Source: Actinomycetota bacterium (GTDB lineage Bacteria; Actinomycetota; Actinomycetes; Mycobacteriales; Pseudonocardiaceae). From it: a stretch of DNA of 64,000 bases. The translations under genes were made by a program, and so were the position numbers. Positions 26,813 to 39,434 of the stretch are shown piece after piece. Positions within the stretch are counted from its first letter, which is position 1. Every line of letters starts with the position of its first letter. The DNA lies in assembly GCA_021324675.1 (NCBI GenBank), contig JAJPIR010000146.1:6298-70297 (forward strand), read 5' to 3'. The notes under the pieces were generated by a model. The model saw only the letters and a list, made by a program, of their open reading frames with translations, was not told the DNA's origin and searched no databases.

Positions 26813-29425
26813 ATCAAGTGACGGCGCGCTCCCGACCACGGCAGGACGGCCCTGAGGTTGCGCTGGCCGGCATGTTGGCCGCGCAGGGGCTGTACGACGC
26901 GGTGCGCGCTGATCCGGCGGCGCCGCTGTCGATCAGTGTCGTGGGACCCGGTGGATCTGGCAAGAGCGCGCTGTTGGCCGCTCTGCGCGAGGCTTACCTC
27001 GCGGCCGGAGTGACTGTGGTCGGGATGGACCCGGCTCTAAGCGGGTCAATGCAGGCGCCGGATGTGGGGAATGTGGCTGTGCTCGTCGACGATGCGCACG
27101 ACCTGGACAGCAGCGACCTCGGCCGGATGTGCCGGTTTGCCCTGACCGGCAACATGCGAATCGTCGTCGCCTACCGGCCCTGGCCGCGCAAGCCCGAACT
27201 GGACGCACTCGAGAATGTGGTGAGCCGGCAGCAACCACCTGTGCTGCTCGGCCGGCTCAACCGCCGCGGAACGCAGCTTCGCTGCGCAGCATTGCTCGGT
27301 CAAGCCCCGCCCGCGGCCCTGGTGGAGCTGCTCTGCGAGCAGACCGGTGGGTCGCCGATGCTCATCGACCAGGTCCTGCGTGCACTGCGCAGTGCCGGCC
27401 GGCTCGATGGGGATCATCCGGAGCTACCGCCAGATGTCATCGACCGCATTGGTTACGACCTTGACCGGCTGCCCCGACCTTTGCGGGGGCTGCTGCTTGC
27501 CGTGGCACTGGGTGCGGCGCCCGATCCCGAGATCCTCGCTCCCGTACTGGGTGTCGATCCGTCCGTGATCGCCGAGCTGTGGTCAAGTGCGCAGTCGCAC
27601 GGTCTGCTGCTCGCTGAGGGCCAGCTGATTCCGCTCATCCAGCGGGCGCTGGTCGCTGGTGCTGCACCGGGTGCCCGCCGGGTGATGCAGCGGCTGGTGC
27701 TCGACGCGCACGTTCAACGTGGCCGTCCAGCGCTAGAGCTGGCACAGCAACTATTGGTCTCTGGCGCCCGCGGTGCTGAGCTCGCTGCGATATTCGAAGC
27801 TGCCGGCGATGCTGCCTTGGCCGGTTCGGCTCCCGGCGCCCCAGCCGGCACTGACGCTGCGGCGCAGGCTCTGCAGCTCTACGCCAAGGCCGTCTGCGCT
27901 GGTAGTGATCCGGCTTCGTTGGCGCCGCGCCGGGCTGAGGCTGCGGCCCGCTCCGGTGACCTGGACACCGCATTGCGGCTCGCTGACGAGGCCTTATCAC
28001 ATCCGCACTGTGCTGACCTAGCCCGGGCCGGCACTGTGGCGGGCGCGGTGCTGGCGCAGCGCGGTCTGCTTGCCCGCAGTGCCGAGCTTTACCGCTGGAT
28101 TGGTCCTTCCCGGATGGGGTCGGCAGCACCGTTGGCCGCCTTGGCGCTGCTGGGCACCGGATCGCTGACCGATGCGCGCGAAGTGCTGGCGGCCGCCAAC
28201 GATGATCGACCGCCGACACTGGTGGCCGGGGCGGAAATGCTGATGGCTAGCGGGGTCCTCCAGTCGATCGTCGATTCGCCGACGTCGGCACCGACCACAG
28301 CGTTATCCACGCTGACCCGCGCCGCCGCGCTACTGGAGCCCGGCGGCGACGCCGTGCTGCTTCCAGACATGCCAGCAGCGTTGGCAGCCATCGTGGCCCT
28401 CCATTCCGGAGAGCTCGACGTGGCCGTGTCAGTCTTGGAACGTGCCCTGGAACACGGTGCCGGCGGATTGTTCGCTCGGAGCCGGTATCAGCTCCTACTG
28501 GCTTGGGCCGCCATGATCCGCGGCGATGCCGCGTTGACCCGGCGCTGGTTGGAGCGCGCTGTACCCGACTCAGGAGCCCAGGAACCCCGCGAAGAACTGT
28601 TCGCCACTGCGCTGGCGGTTGGTCTCGCTCGGCGAGGAAGCGACATTCCCGCGCTCCAGACGGCTTGGGTGGCAGCCCGGGAGGCGATCGTCCGGTATCC
28701 CGTCGACCTGTTCAGCCTCTTGCCACTGGGTGAGCTAGCTGTCGCGGCGGCCAGGTTGCGGGAGTTCGACAGGGTGGTGCCACATCTGGAGCAGGCCCGC
28801 CTCCTACTGCAGCGGCTCGGGGACCCACCGTTGTGGTCAGTGCCGCTGCACTGGTATGGCCTGCACGCTGCGATCCTGCGCGAGCAACCCGCCGTCGCGC
28901 AGGACCATGCTGTGGCGCTCGCGGGCGCAGCCAAGAGCAGCCACTACGCGGCCGTTCTTGCTGCTGCGGGTCGTGCCTGGATGCAGGTGCTGGCCGGAGA
29001 CTTCGACTGCTCGGAAGTGGAGTCCGCAGCCCGCGGGATGCAGTCAATCGGGCTGGCGAACGACGGTTCCCGGCTGGCTGGGCAGGCCGCGATCCGGACC
29101 ACCGACCGCAAAGCCATGGTCGATCTGCTGGGGTGTGCTCGAGCACTGCAGGCTAGCGGTCCCGGTGCAGCCAGCTCCGCAGCAGATGGTGGGGACGATC
29201 GCCTCGAGCCGCAGACCACCTCCCAGCCAGCCGTTGCGCCCATGCTCAGCGACCGGGAACGCGAGGTTGCCGAGCTGATCTTGACGGGACTGACCTACCG
29301 CCAGATCGGACAGCGCCTGTTCATCTCAGCCAAGACTGTCGAGCATCACGTTGCCCGGATACGCCAGCGATTGGACGTCACCAGCCGGGATGAGTTGTTC
29401 GCCCAACTGAAAATGGTGGTCCGGG

Positions 29426-29439
<14 letters not shown>
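26809..29439 (+). CDS. Large ATP-binding LuxR-family transcriptional regulator (IniR/MalT-like)
   Basis: Walker A VVGPGGSGKSALL, a long helical middle region and a C-terminal LuxR HTH (LSDREREVAELILTGLTYRQIGQRLFISAKTVEHHVARIRQRL). The GTG overlaps the upstream stop (GTGA). Confidence 0.8.
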
Positions 29440-31794
<2,355 letters not shown>

Positions 31795-31810
<16 letters not shown>

Positions 31811-31858
31811 ATCGGGCTATCAGGCGACTCTAAACCTCGGCCTGTCTCCATGTCGGGG
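31795..31858. repeat. 64-nt palindromic repeat element, copy A
   Basis: CCCGACATGGAGCCATATCGGG-(26 nt)-TGTCTCCATGTCGGGG. Same termini and same 64-nt length as copy B at 48463..48526. Confidence 0.7.
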
Positions 31859-31894
31859 TTAGGTGCGAGATGTGGGGTCAGCTACGGGTTGTTA

Positions 31895-33277
31895 CTAGCG
31901 GTGGGCCAGGCAGACACGGTCGCGGCCAGCTGCCTTAGCGGCCAGTAGCGCGCCGTCAGCGGCCAGCACAAGGTCGTCGATGTTGTCACCATCGTTGGGT
32001 CGGACCGACGCGCCGATCGATACCGAGATCCCGTCTACCGTTGTCGGGCTATCGTGCGGACCGTCCACTAAGACACGCAACCGGCTGATGCGCTCGCGGA
32101 TGCGGTCTGCGATGGCCTCCACCTGCGCGGCGCCCACACCGGGCAGCAGGATGACGAATTCTTCGCCGCCGAACCGTCCTACCAGGTCGTAAGGGCGGGT
32201 TTCCGAGCGTAACTCGTCTGCCACCGCACGAAGCAGCTGATCACCGACAAGATGACCCATCCGGTCGTTGAACGACTTGAAGTGATCCAGATCCAGCATC
32301 AGTACCCCGAGCGGCTCGGCCAGCCGGCGAGCGCGCTCGAGTTCCCGGCCTGCTTCCTCGCGCCAGAAGCCCGCGGTGAGCAGGCCCGTCTTGCAGTCGG
32401 TGCGAGCGACCTGCTGGAAGTAGGGCAGGAGCAAGGCGCGGTGCAGGGGCAACACAGCCAGCATGGGAACAATGAGCAGCCAAGGTTGGAAGGCCAGCGT
32501 CATGGCCAGCGCAACTGCCAGCCCGAGCGAGGCCACCACGACGACCTGCTCGCTTGGATCGCCCAATGCCTGACGGACCGGCTGTAGCGGATCGGACAGC
32601 ATGACGGCACCGACCACGATGACGACATTGACCAGCCAGTACAACGCCACGGCCCCGAGCAAGACTACGAGCCCAACCGGTCCCGCCGGGATAACCGGAT
32701 ATCCCTTGGGCTGCAGGAGCTGCAGCAGCGCGACAGCGGCCGTAGCAGCCAACACCATCGTCGCGGCGGAGAACAGCTTGCGGTACAACCTGGCGCCGCT
32801 GCCCCGGTACCACGAATGCATGTGGACCATCGCCGTCGTGGCAAACACCAGGGGTAACGGAACGGACAGCGCCGCCGCAAAAATCCACAAAGCAGTAGGA
32901 TTGGCCAGCAGACCATGGCCGGCAACCCGCTCACGCTGGTTCTCGATGCGGCGAACCGCCTCGCGATGGACCATTGCTCCGGCCGCTAGCAACCCGAATC
33001 TGGACAGGTCGCCCCAAGCGATCGGAACTGCTGCTATCGCTCCCGCAGCCAGTCCCACTGCCAGGAGATTCACGGTCAGGACATAGCCGATGACAATCTT
33101 CCGCTCGCTCCACAGCTTCCAGCGCCGTGGGCGCAGAGCCAACAGGCCGCGCCAGGGTGCGATGCACTCAAGCCCTTGGCTCGCACTCACTAGGTGCCCC
33201 CGATAGTGACGTTGAGCTATCTCCCTCAGCGTAATCGGCAAGCGACTCTTTGTCATCCTCCCTGCGGAGTGCCACAA
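31895..33277 (-). CDS. Membrane-bound diguanylate cyclase (GGDEF domain)
   Basis: Multiple N-terminal TM helices. C-terminal GGDEF domain with RFGGEEFVILLPG and an upstream RxxD-like site. Confidence 0.85.
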   Translation of the reverse strand: MWHSAGRMTKSRLPITLREIAQRHYRGHLVSASQGLECIAPWRGLLALRPRRWKLWSERKIVIGYVLTVNLLAVGLAAGAIAAVPIAWGDLSRFGLLAAGAMVHREAVRRIENQRERVAGHGLLANPTALWIFAAALSVPLPLVFATTAMVHMHSWYRGSGARLYRKLFSAATMVLAATAAVALLQLLQPKGYPVIPAGPVGLVVLLGAVALYWLVNVVIVVGAVMLSDPLQPVRQALGDPSEQVVVVASLGLAVALAMTLAFQPWLLIVPMLAVLPLHRALLLPYFQQVARTDCKTGLLTAGFWREEAGRELERARRLAEPLGVLMLDLDHFKSFNDRMGHLVGDQLLRAVADELRSETRPYDLVGRFGGEEFVILLPGVGAAQVEAIADRIRERISRLRVLVDGPHDSPTTVDGISVSIGASVRPNDGDNIDDLVLAADGALLAAKAAGRDRVCLAHR

Positions 33278-33465
33278 TCCGAAAGAACTGTCACCCTCAG
33301 TGATAACAGTCCGCGCTATCAGGCCACACGACCGAGTTAATAAATTGACTCCACGTAGCGAGTCGATGGGGACGCCGCGACCAATCGGCGGGTCGTGATT
33401 TCACCTGCACCTATCAGCACTGGTATCAAGTGTGACTCAACGTTGCATCACGCGGTGGCAAGGCG

Positions 33466-34557
33466 GTGGCAATGGTGGGCCAAGGGGGGCGGGCGCTGCG
33501 AGTGCTGGCCCTGATCCTGCTGGTGTATGCGCTGCCGATCGCGGTGTTCTCCAGCTCCGGCAGCGTTCCTTTAAACTCGTCCTCAGCGCCGCTTCAGGTG
33601 CCTGCTGAGGGGCCTTCTTCGCGTGCAGGCCGGGTTATGTCCCCCCCAGCGGCCGAACACGGCCCAGTGGCCAGCCTGTCACCCGCCATAGCGCCTGATC
33701 CACCGCCTCCACCGCCGGTCTCGCCGTTCACCGGGTTGCCCACCGATCTCAACGCGCCGGTGCTCGGAGTGAAGATTGACAATGCATCGGTGGCCCGCCC
33801 ACAACGCGGGCTCGAGCAGGCGGATGTGGTCTATGTCGAGCCGGTCGAGGGTGGACTCAGCCGGCTGCTCGCGGTGTACCAGTCTCGGGTTCCACCGCTG
33901 GTGGGACCCGTGCGCAGCACGCGCGCTTCTGATGTGGAGCTTCTGGCCAATTTCGGCCGCCCCGCATTGGCGTTCTCTGGAGCCGCTCCCGCGGTCGGAG
34001 CGCTGGTAGCGCAGGCGCCGGTACTTGATGTCTCTGCGCTGAGTCGGCCCGGTGACTATCGCCGGGACTCCAGGCGGCAGATGCCGCACAATCTCTATGG
34101 CGATGCCAACCTGCTGCGCCAAGGCGGGGCGCCCCCACGTGATATCGGCTTTCGCTTCGGACCTATGCCGCCGGGCGGTCGCGCCCTCCAGCAGACTGCT
34201 GTCCATTACCCTGCGACCACCATCGGAGTGCAGTGGGAGCCCACCGCGGGCAGGTGGCTGATCTCGATGGATGGCGCGCCGCTCCTGTCGGCCTCTGGTC
34301 CCCGGCCCAGCGCGACCACTGTCGTGTTGCAGCGGGTAGAAGTGCGCGAGACCGGAATCCGTGACGCGGCGGGGTCGCCATCACCGTTCGCAGAGACGGT
34401 CGGTTCTGGTGAGGTGGTCGTCCTGCGCGACGGCCAAGCCTTCTCGGGGAATTGGTCGCGCCCAGCGCCTGACGCGGTGACCCGTTACACCCTGCCGGAT
34501 GGTTCGCCGATCACATTCGCGCCGGGCCCGGTGTGGGTAGTACTGATGCCTACTTAG
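33466..34557 (+). CDS. DUF3048-family secreted protein
   Basis: Signal/TM segment followed by VKIDNASVARPQRGLEQADVVYVEPVEGGLSRLLAVY, which is characteristic of DUF3048 (YerB-like). Confidence 0.65.
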   Translation: MAMVGQGGRALRVLALILLVYALPIAVFSSSGSVPLNSSSAPLQVPAEGPSSRAGRVMSPPAAEHGPVASLSPAIAPDPPPPPPVSPFTGLPTDLNAPVLGVKIDNASVARPQRGLEQADVVYVEPVEGGLSRLLAVYQSRVPPLVGPVRSTRASDVELLANFGRPALAFSGAAPAVGALVAQAPVLDVSALSRPGDYRRDSRRQMPHNLYGDANLLRQGGAPPRDIGFRFGPMPPGGRALQQTAVHYPATTIGVQWEPTAGRWLISMDGAPLLSASGPRPSATTVVLQRVEVRETGIRDAAGSPSPFAETVGSGEVVVLRDGQAFSGNWSRPAPDAVTRYTLPDGSPITFAPGPVWVVLMPT

Positions 34558-34616
34558 CTGTTGCAAGGTGATCCGTGTCGACGCTCAGACCGAAGACCTG
34601 CCACATTGGCAGACAG

Positions 34617-34635
34617 ATACCGGCTAGGGGTATAT
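34617..34635. promoter_or_regulatory. Putative CsoR operator (pseudo-palindrome ATACCGGCTAGGGGTATAT)
   Basis: ATACC-N-GGGGTAT resembles the GC-rich core flanked by AT-rich arms described for CsoR-family operators. It lies ~60 nt upstream of the csoR start. Confidence 0.4.
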
Positions 34636-34692
34636 TACCGGCCTCAGAAGGGTGTCACTCAGCAGATCTGCGGCTCGGGGAGAGGACGTTCG

Positions 34693-34971
34693 GTGGCCAG
34701 CTACACCAAGGATCGGGACGCGTACCTCAACCGGCTACGCCGGATCGAGGGCCAGATACGCGGGCTACAGCGCATGGTGGAGCAGGACCAGTACTGCATC
34801 GATGTGCTGACCCAAGTGTCGGCCGCGACCAAGGCCCTGCAATCCTTCGCCCTTGCTTTGCTCGAAGAACACATGGCCACCTGCGTCGTCGACGCAGCGG
34901 CTGACCGTGCCGATGCTGGAGTCAAAGTCAAGGAAGCAGCTGACGCTATTGCTCGCCTTGTTCGCTCATGA
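34693..34971 (+). CDS. csoR: Copper-sensing transcriptional repressor CsoR
   Basis: LNRLRRIEGQIRGLQRMVEQDQYCIDVLTQVSAATKALQ ... LLEEHMATCV contains the Cys-His-Cys Cu(I) ligand pattern. GTG at 34693 follows GGGGAGAGGA. Confidence 0.85.
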   Translation: MASYTKDRDAYLNRLRRIEGQIRGLQRMVEQDQYCIDVLTQVSAATKALQSFALALLEEHMATCVVDAAADRADAGVKVKEAADAIARLVRS

Positions 34972-35011
34972 CGCATCGCGGGCCGGCGCAACCGACTGAG
35001 GAGGTCGTGAG

Positions 35012-35230
35012 ATGGGGGACACCGCCACGGTGAGCGAGTACGCCGTCACCGGAATGGTCTGCCAGCACTGTGTATCGGCAGTGACCGAGGAAGTCGGAGC
35101 GATCGAAGGCGTCACCGACGTCGAAGTCGACCTTGCCGCTGGCCGGGTACGGATAACGAGTGCTGGACCGCTGGACCGCGCCGCGGTCCGCGCCGCGATC
35201 GACGAGGCCGGCTATGAAATGGTGGGATGA
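35012..35230 (+). CDS. copZ: Heavy-metal-associated (HMA) copper chaperone, CopZ-like
   Basis: GMVCQHCV (MxCxxC) metal-binding motif, 72 aa, strong SD GAGGAGG. Confidence 0.85.
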   Translation: MGDTATVSEYAVTGMVCQHCVSAVTEEVGAIEGVTDVEVDLAAGRVRITSAGPLDRAAVRAAIDEAGYEMVG

Positions 35231-35263
35231 GACTTCATATCCCGTGATCTCAGGGTAGCCAGG

Positions 35264-36145
35264 GTGCAGACCGGCAAATTGGGAGCTGGACGGGTGCGGG
35301 CTCCAACCCCCGTGCTCGCATTGCTCGCCGGTTTAGCGATGCTCTTCGGGCTCGCGATCAATTTCGGGGAAGCGGTGGTCGGCCGTACCGGCCCAGCGTT
35401 GCACGACCACGACAGACGGGACATCGGCGAAGAGAATCACGCCGCGGGTCCTGGTGGGCTCGCCGTCGCCAGCCAGGGCTACGTACTGCGTCCCCGGAAC
35501 ACTCGATTTATCGCCGGAGAATACGAAACATTCCGGTTCGGCATTTTTTCAAGTGACGGGAAGCCGGTCGTCGATTTCGCCCGGCGTGGCGATCATCAGA
35601 TGACGCTCATCGTCGTACGCCGGGATATGACTGGTTACCAGCATCTGTACCCCGTCATGGATCACAACGGCACGTGGACCGTGCCGCTTGACCTCGAGGA
35701 TCCGGGGAGCTACCGCGCCTTTGCGGAGTTCCTTCCCGGCACTGCCAAGACACCGGTTATTCTCGGCGTAGACCTTGATGCACCCGGCTTCTTCGAGCCT
35801 GGTCCCATATCGAAAGAGTCGACGAGTGCTGACGTCGACGGTTATAAGGTAATCTGGACTGGAAATCTGATCGCCGGGACGGTTTCACGGATATGGGTAC
35901 ATGTGATGCGCGACAACCTTCCGGTCAACGACCTTGATCCCATTCTCGGGGGTGGCGCCCGCCTGGTCATTCTCCGCGAGGGTGACCTTGCCTATTTGAA
36001 TGCGCGTCCTGTCGGGGGCCTTCGGCAGGAAACCGCGACCGACTTTGACGTTGAAGTGCCGACCACTGGCTATTACCGGATGTTTCTGGAATTCCAGCAT
36101 CATGGCCAGTTGCGGACCGTCGAATTCACCGCGCTGGCGAGGTGA
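35264..36145 (+). CDS. Uncharacterised membrane-anchored protein in the copper operon (293 aa)
   Basis: N-terminal TM segment (VLALLAGLAMLFGLAINF), then two beta-rich segments containing His/Met. Sits between copZ and the P-type ATPase, only 3 nt before the ATPase start. Confidence 0.5.
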   Translation: MQTGKLGAGRVRAPTPVLALLAGLAMLFGLAINFGEAVVGRTGPALHDHDRRDIGEENHAAGPGGLAVASQGYVLRPRNTRFIAGEYETFRFGIFSSDGKPVVDFARRGDHQMTLIVVRRDMTGYQHLYPVMDHNGTWTVPLDLEDPGSYRAFAEFLPGTAKTPVILGVDLDAPGFFEPGPISKESTSADVDGYKVIWTGNLIAGTVSRIWVHVMRDNLPVNDLDPILGGGARLVILREGDLAYLNARPVGGLRQETATDFDVEVPTTGYYRMFLEFQHHGQLRTVEFTALAR

Positions 36146-36148
36146 TGC

Positions 36149-38440
36149 GTGTCCACCACCCATGACTACGGCACCGGCGCACCAACCGGATCCGGGGACG
36201 CCCAACACCAGGTCGAATTGACCATTCATGGCATGACGTGTGCATCCTGCGCGGCGCGCATTGAGAAGAAGTTGAATCGCATACCAGGAGTGCATGCCAG
36301 CGTCAACTTTGCCACTGAAAAGGCGCGGGTCAACTACGCCGATGCCGTCGCCCCGGATGATCTTGTAGCGACGGTGGTCCGCGCCGGCTACTCCGCGCAG
36401 CTGCTTGCTGACCAAGCAGGGAGCTCTCGCGCCGTGCATGACAGTGCTGAGCTGCGGTCACTGCGTGAGCGGCTACTGGGCAGCGCCGTGCTCGCCGTCC
36501 AGGTCATCGCGATGTCAATGGCGCAGATGGTGCCGGGTTTGCCGGTACCGGACAACGTCGAGCCGCTGTCGCTGCTGCTCACCGCTCCTGTAGTGGTGTG
36601 GGGAGCGTGGCCGTTTCACCGAGCAGCATGGCGGAATCTGCGACATGGCGCAGCCACCATGGACACCCTGGTCTCGATGGGTGTGCTGGCAGCGTTCCTG
36701 TGGAGTTGCTATGCGTGGTTTGTCACCGATGGTGGGTTCGTCACCTCCCACGGGGTCGCTGGTTCGGGCAACCACGCGCACAGCCCGGTCTATTTTGAAG
36801 TTGCCGCCGGTGTCACCGCGTTCCTTCTTGCCGGCCGGTATTTTGAGGCGCGCGCCAAGCGGCGCGCGGGCGCGGCGTTGCGCGCATTGCTCGATCTGGG
36901 CGCCCCGGATGCGGGGGTGTTGCGCGATGGTCAGGAAATCCGCGTCCCGATTGACTCCCTCCTGGTCGGCGACGAGTTCGTGGTCCGGCCGGGAGAGAAA
37001 TTCGCCGCAGACGGCGAAGTACTGGACGGGGCATCGGTGGTGGACGCGAGCATGCTCACCGGCGAGTCGATACCCATCGAGGTCGGTCCTGGCGCAGTAG
37101 TTACCGGTGGCACGGTGAACCTTTCTGGTCGGCTACGGGTGCGCGCGTTCCGGGTCGGTGCTGACACCCGCCTGGCGCACATGGCGCGGTTGGTTGCGGA
37201 CGCGCAAAGCGGCAAAGCCCGAGTGCAGCGCTTGGCTGACCGGGTTTCGGCGGTGTTCGTGCCCATTGTGATCCTGTTTGCGATGGCCACGCTCGGCGTG
37301 TGGCTAGCCATCGGTGCCGCCGCTGGGACCGCGTTTGCCGCCGCGGTGGCTGTGCTGATCATCGCGTGTCCATGCGCTCTCGGGCTGGCCACGCCCACCG
37401 CGCTGCTGGTCGGCACCGGTCGGGGTGCCCAACTGGGCATCCTCATCAAAGGCCCGGAAGTGCTGGAGTCTACCCGGCGGGTGGACACCGTGTTGCTGGA
37501 CAAGACCGGCACCATCACGACCGGCACGATGGCGCTCGTGGATGTGCTACCCGCCGCCGGTGAGGACGCCGACGACGTGCTGCGCCGTGCGGCCGCTGTG
37601 GAGGACTTCTCCGAGCACCCCGTCGCGGCCGCAGTGGCCGCCGGCGCGCGGCAGCGGCTGGCTGATGTCCCGGCGGTTACCGGCTTTCGCTCAGTTCGTG
37701 GCCGAGGCGTTCACGGCGTGGTGAACGGCAGCGTAGTGCTGGTGGGTAAGCCGGCCTGGTTAGCCGAGCAGTGGTCGCTGCCGCTGCCCGACACGCTGGA
37801 CGCGGCTGCGGTCCGATGCCAAGTGAAGGGGCACACCGTCATCGCCGTCGCCTGGGACGGCCGTATCCGTGGCCTGCTGTCGGTGGCCGATTCGGTGAAA
37901 CCGAGCAGCGCCGAGGCAGTGCGAATGCTCCGCGGCCTGGGGCTGACTCCCGTGTTGCTCACCGGTGACAACGAATCCGTGGCCCGTTGCGTAGCCGCCG
38001 AGGTCGGCATCGATACGGTGATCGCCGGGGTGCTACCCGAGGAAAAGGTCGAGCAGGTCAGACGGCTGCAACGGCAGGGACGGGTAGTCGCGATGGTCGG
38101 CGATGGGCTCAACGACGCCGCCGCACTGGCCCAGGCAGACCTCGGGCTGGCCATGGGCACCGGCACCGACGCCGCCATCGAGGCCAGCGATCTGACCCTG
38201 GTCCGCGGAGACCTGCGGGTGGCCGCCGACGCGATACGGCTGTCCCGGCGCACCTTGCGGACTATCAAGGGAAACCTGTTCTGGGCTTTCGGCTACAACA
38301 TGGCCGCGCTCCCATTGGCTGCAATGGGTCTGCTCAATCCCATGATCGCCGGAGCCGCGATGGCATTGTCATCGGTGTTCGTGGTTTCGAACAGCCTTCG
38401 GCTACGCAGTTTCCGTCCGATCACCCCCTCGGTCGGATAA
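36149..38440 (+). CDS. ctpV: Copper-translocating P1B-type ATPase
   Basis: N-terminal HMA GMTCASCAARIE, TM CPC motif IIACPCALGLATP, phosphorylation site DKTGTIT and hinge MVGDGLNDAAAL. Linkage to csoR matches the mycobacterial cso operon. Confidence 0.9.
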   Translation: MSTTHDYGTGAPTGSGDAQHQVELTIHGMTCASCAARIEKKLNRIPGVHASVNFATEKARVNYADAVAPDDLVATVVRAGYSAQLLADQAGSSRAVHDSAELRSLRERLLGSAVLAVQVIAMSMAQMVPGLPVPDNVEPLSLLLTAPVVVWGAWPFHRAAWRNLRHGAATMDTLVSMGVLAAFLWSCYAWFVTDGGFVTSHGVAGSGNHAHSPVYFEVAAGVTAFLLAGRYFEARAKRRAGAALRALLDLGAPDAGVLRDGQEIRVPIDSLLVGDEFVVRPGEKFAADGEVLDGASVVDASMLTGESIPIEVGPGAVVTGGTVNLSGRLRVRAFRVGADTRLAHMARLVADAQSGKARVQRLADRVSAVFVPIVILFAMATLGVWLAIGAAAGTAFAAAVAVLIIACPCALGLATPTALLVGTGRGAQLGILIKGPEVLESTRRVDTVLLDKTGTITTGTMALVDVLPAAGEDADDVLRRAAAVEDFSEHPVAAAVAAGARQRLADVPAVTGFRSVRGRGVHGVVNGSVVLVGKPAWLAEQWSLPLPDTLDAAAVRCQVKGHTVIAVAWDGRIRGLLSVADSVKPSSAEAVRMLRGLGLTPVLLTGDNESVARCVAAEVGIDTVIAGVLPEEKVEQVRRLQRQGRVVAMVGDGLNDAAALAQADLGLAMGTGTDAAIEASDLTLVRGDLRVAADAIRLSRRTLRTIKGNLFWAFGYNMAALPLAAMGLLNPMIAGAAMALSSVFVVSNSLRLRSFRPITPSVG

Positions 38441-38500
38441 CCAACACCTCCACCATCAGGACGCCATAATCCGGTTCAGCAGCTCGACAGCCGCAGATCA

Positions 38501-38926
38501 TCAGTTGGGTACGCGATCACCGTGCCCGGCTTGCCGCAAAGCTTGGCGTAGCGTGTCCGCTGCGGCGTCGAGGTCATCGGGGGCCGGATCGCGGTCGGCT
38601 TTGTCGAAGTTGAAGTCGTTGATGCCCCAGGCCGGGAATACATGCACATGCAGGTGTGGGACTTCGAATCCCGCAATCACCAGTCCCGCGCGGGGCGCAT
38701 CGAAGCCGGCCTTCTGCGCGGCGCCGATCTGCTTTGCCACCGCAACCAGATGGGCCAGCAGGTCGTCGCCCGCGTCGGTCCATTCGTCGACCTCTTGCCG
38801 GGGCACTACCAGGGCGTGTCCCGGCCGCAGCGGCGCGATGGTGAGAAATGCCGCGCACCGCTCGTCGCGCCAGACAAAGCGTCCCGGAATCTCCCCCTCG
38901 ATGATGCGGCTGAACAGTGTCGACAC
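38501..38926 (-). CDS. HIT-family nucleotide hydrolase
   Basis: Histidine triad VPHLHVHVFP and N-terminal FSRIIEGEIPGRFVW. Confidence 0.85.
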   Translation of the reverse strand: MSTLFSRIIEGEIPGRFVWRDERCAAFLTIAPLRPGHALVVPRQEVDEWTDAGDDLLAHLVAVAKQIGAAQKAGFDAPRAGLVIAGFEVPHLHVHVFPAWGINDFNFDKADRDPAPDDLDAAADTLRQALRQAGHGDRVPN

Positions 38927-38947
38927 GATTCTCCTTCCGGTGCCGTG

Positions 38948-39358
38948 TCATGATTCGCACCGCTGCTCACGGGCGAGCCAGGCACGTAGCTGTGCGCCGC
39001 CGTCTAGGGCGGGGTCGGTGGGGATGATATGGGGAGCAGTGAGGTTGTGAGACCGGCTAGCGTTGCTGCTCACCAGGAGAACCGGACCTGGGTGGCGTCG
39101 TGCCAGTTGGGCGAAGTCGCCGTCACCGGTGGCGAGCAGCAACGGCTGGTGTTCAGCGTGGTAGGCGCGGGCCAACAGGAGGTCAGCGCCTTGCCAGCCG
39201 GTGGCCGGCAGAAGCTGAGTGTGCGCGGGCCAATCGAGGGCGTCCAGGACGGCCGGCGCGCCAGCTACCACAACGTCCGCCCAGGAGGCTGCTTGCAGTG
39301 CCGCGAGCAGCAGGCGCAGCCGCGGCACGTCAAGGTTGTCCGCGTCGACCAGTACCTG
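38948..39358 (-). CDS. NYN/LabA-like domain protein (putative)
   Basis: MQVLVDADNL and ATGDGDF resemble the acidic motifs of NYN domains. Start taken at the ATG at 39358. Confidence 0.45.
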   Translation of the reverse strand, partial: QVLVDADNLDVPRLRLLLAALQAASWADVVVAGAPAVLDALDWPAHTQLLPATGWQGADLLLARAYHAEHQPLLLATGDGDFAQLARRHPGPVLLVSSNASRSHNLTAPHIIPTDPALDGGAQLRAWLAREQRCES

Positions 39359-39434
39359 CATGCGCACGATCATGCCGCAGCTGGGCACACCAGGCTTGCG
39401 CGCCGTACACGATCAATTGTGCGAAGCTGCATCA

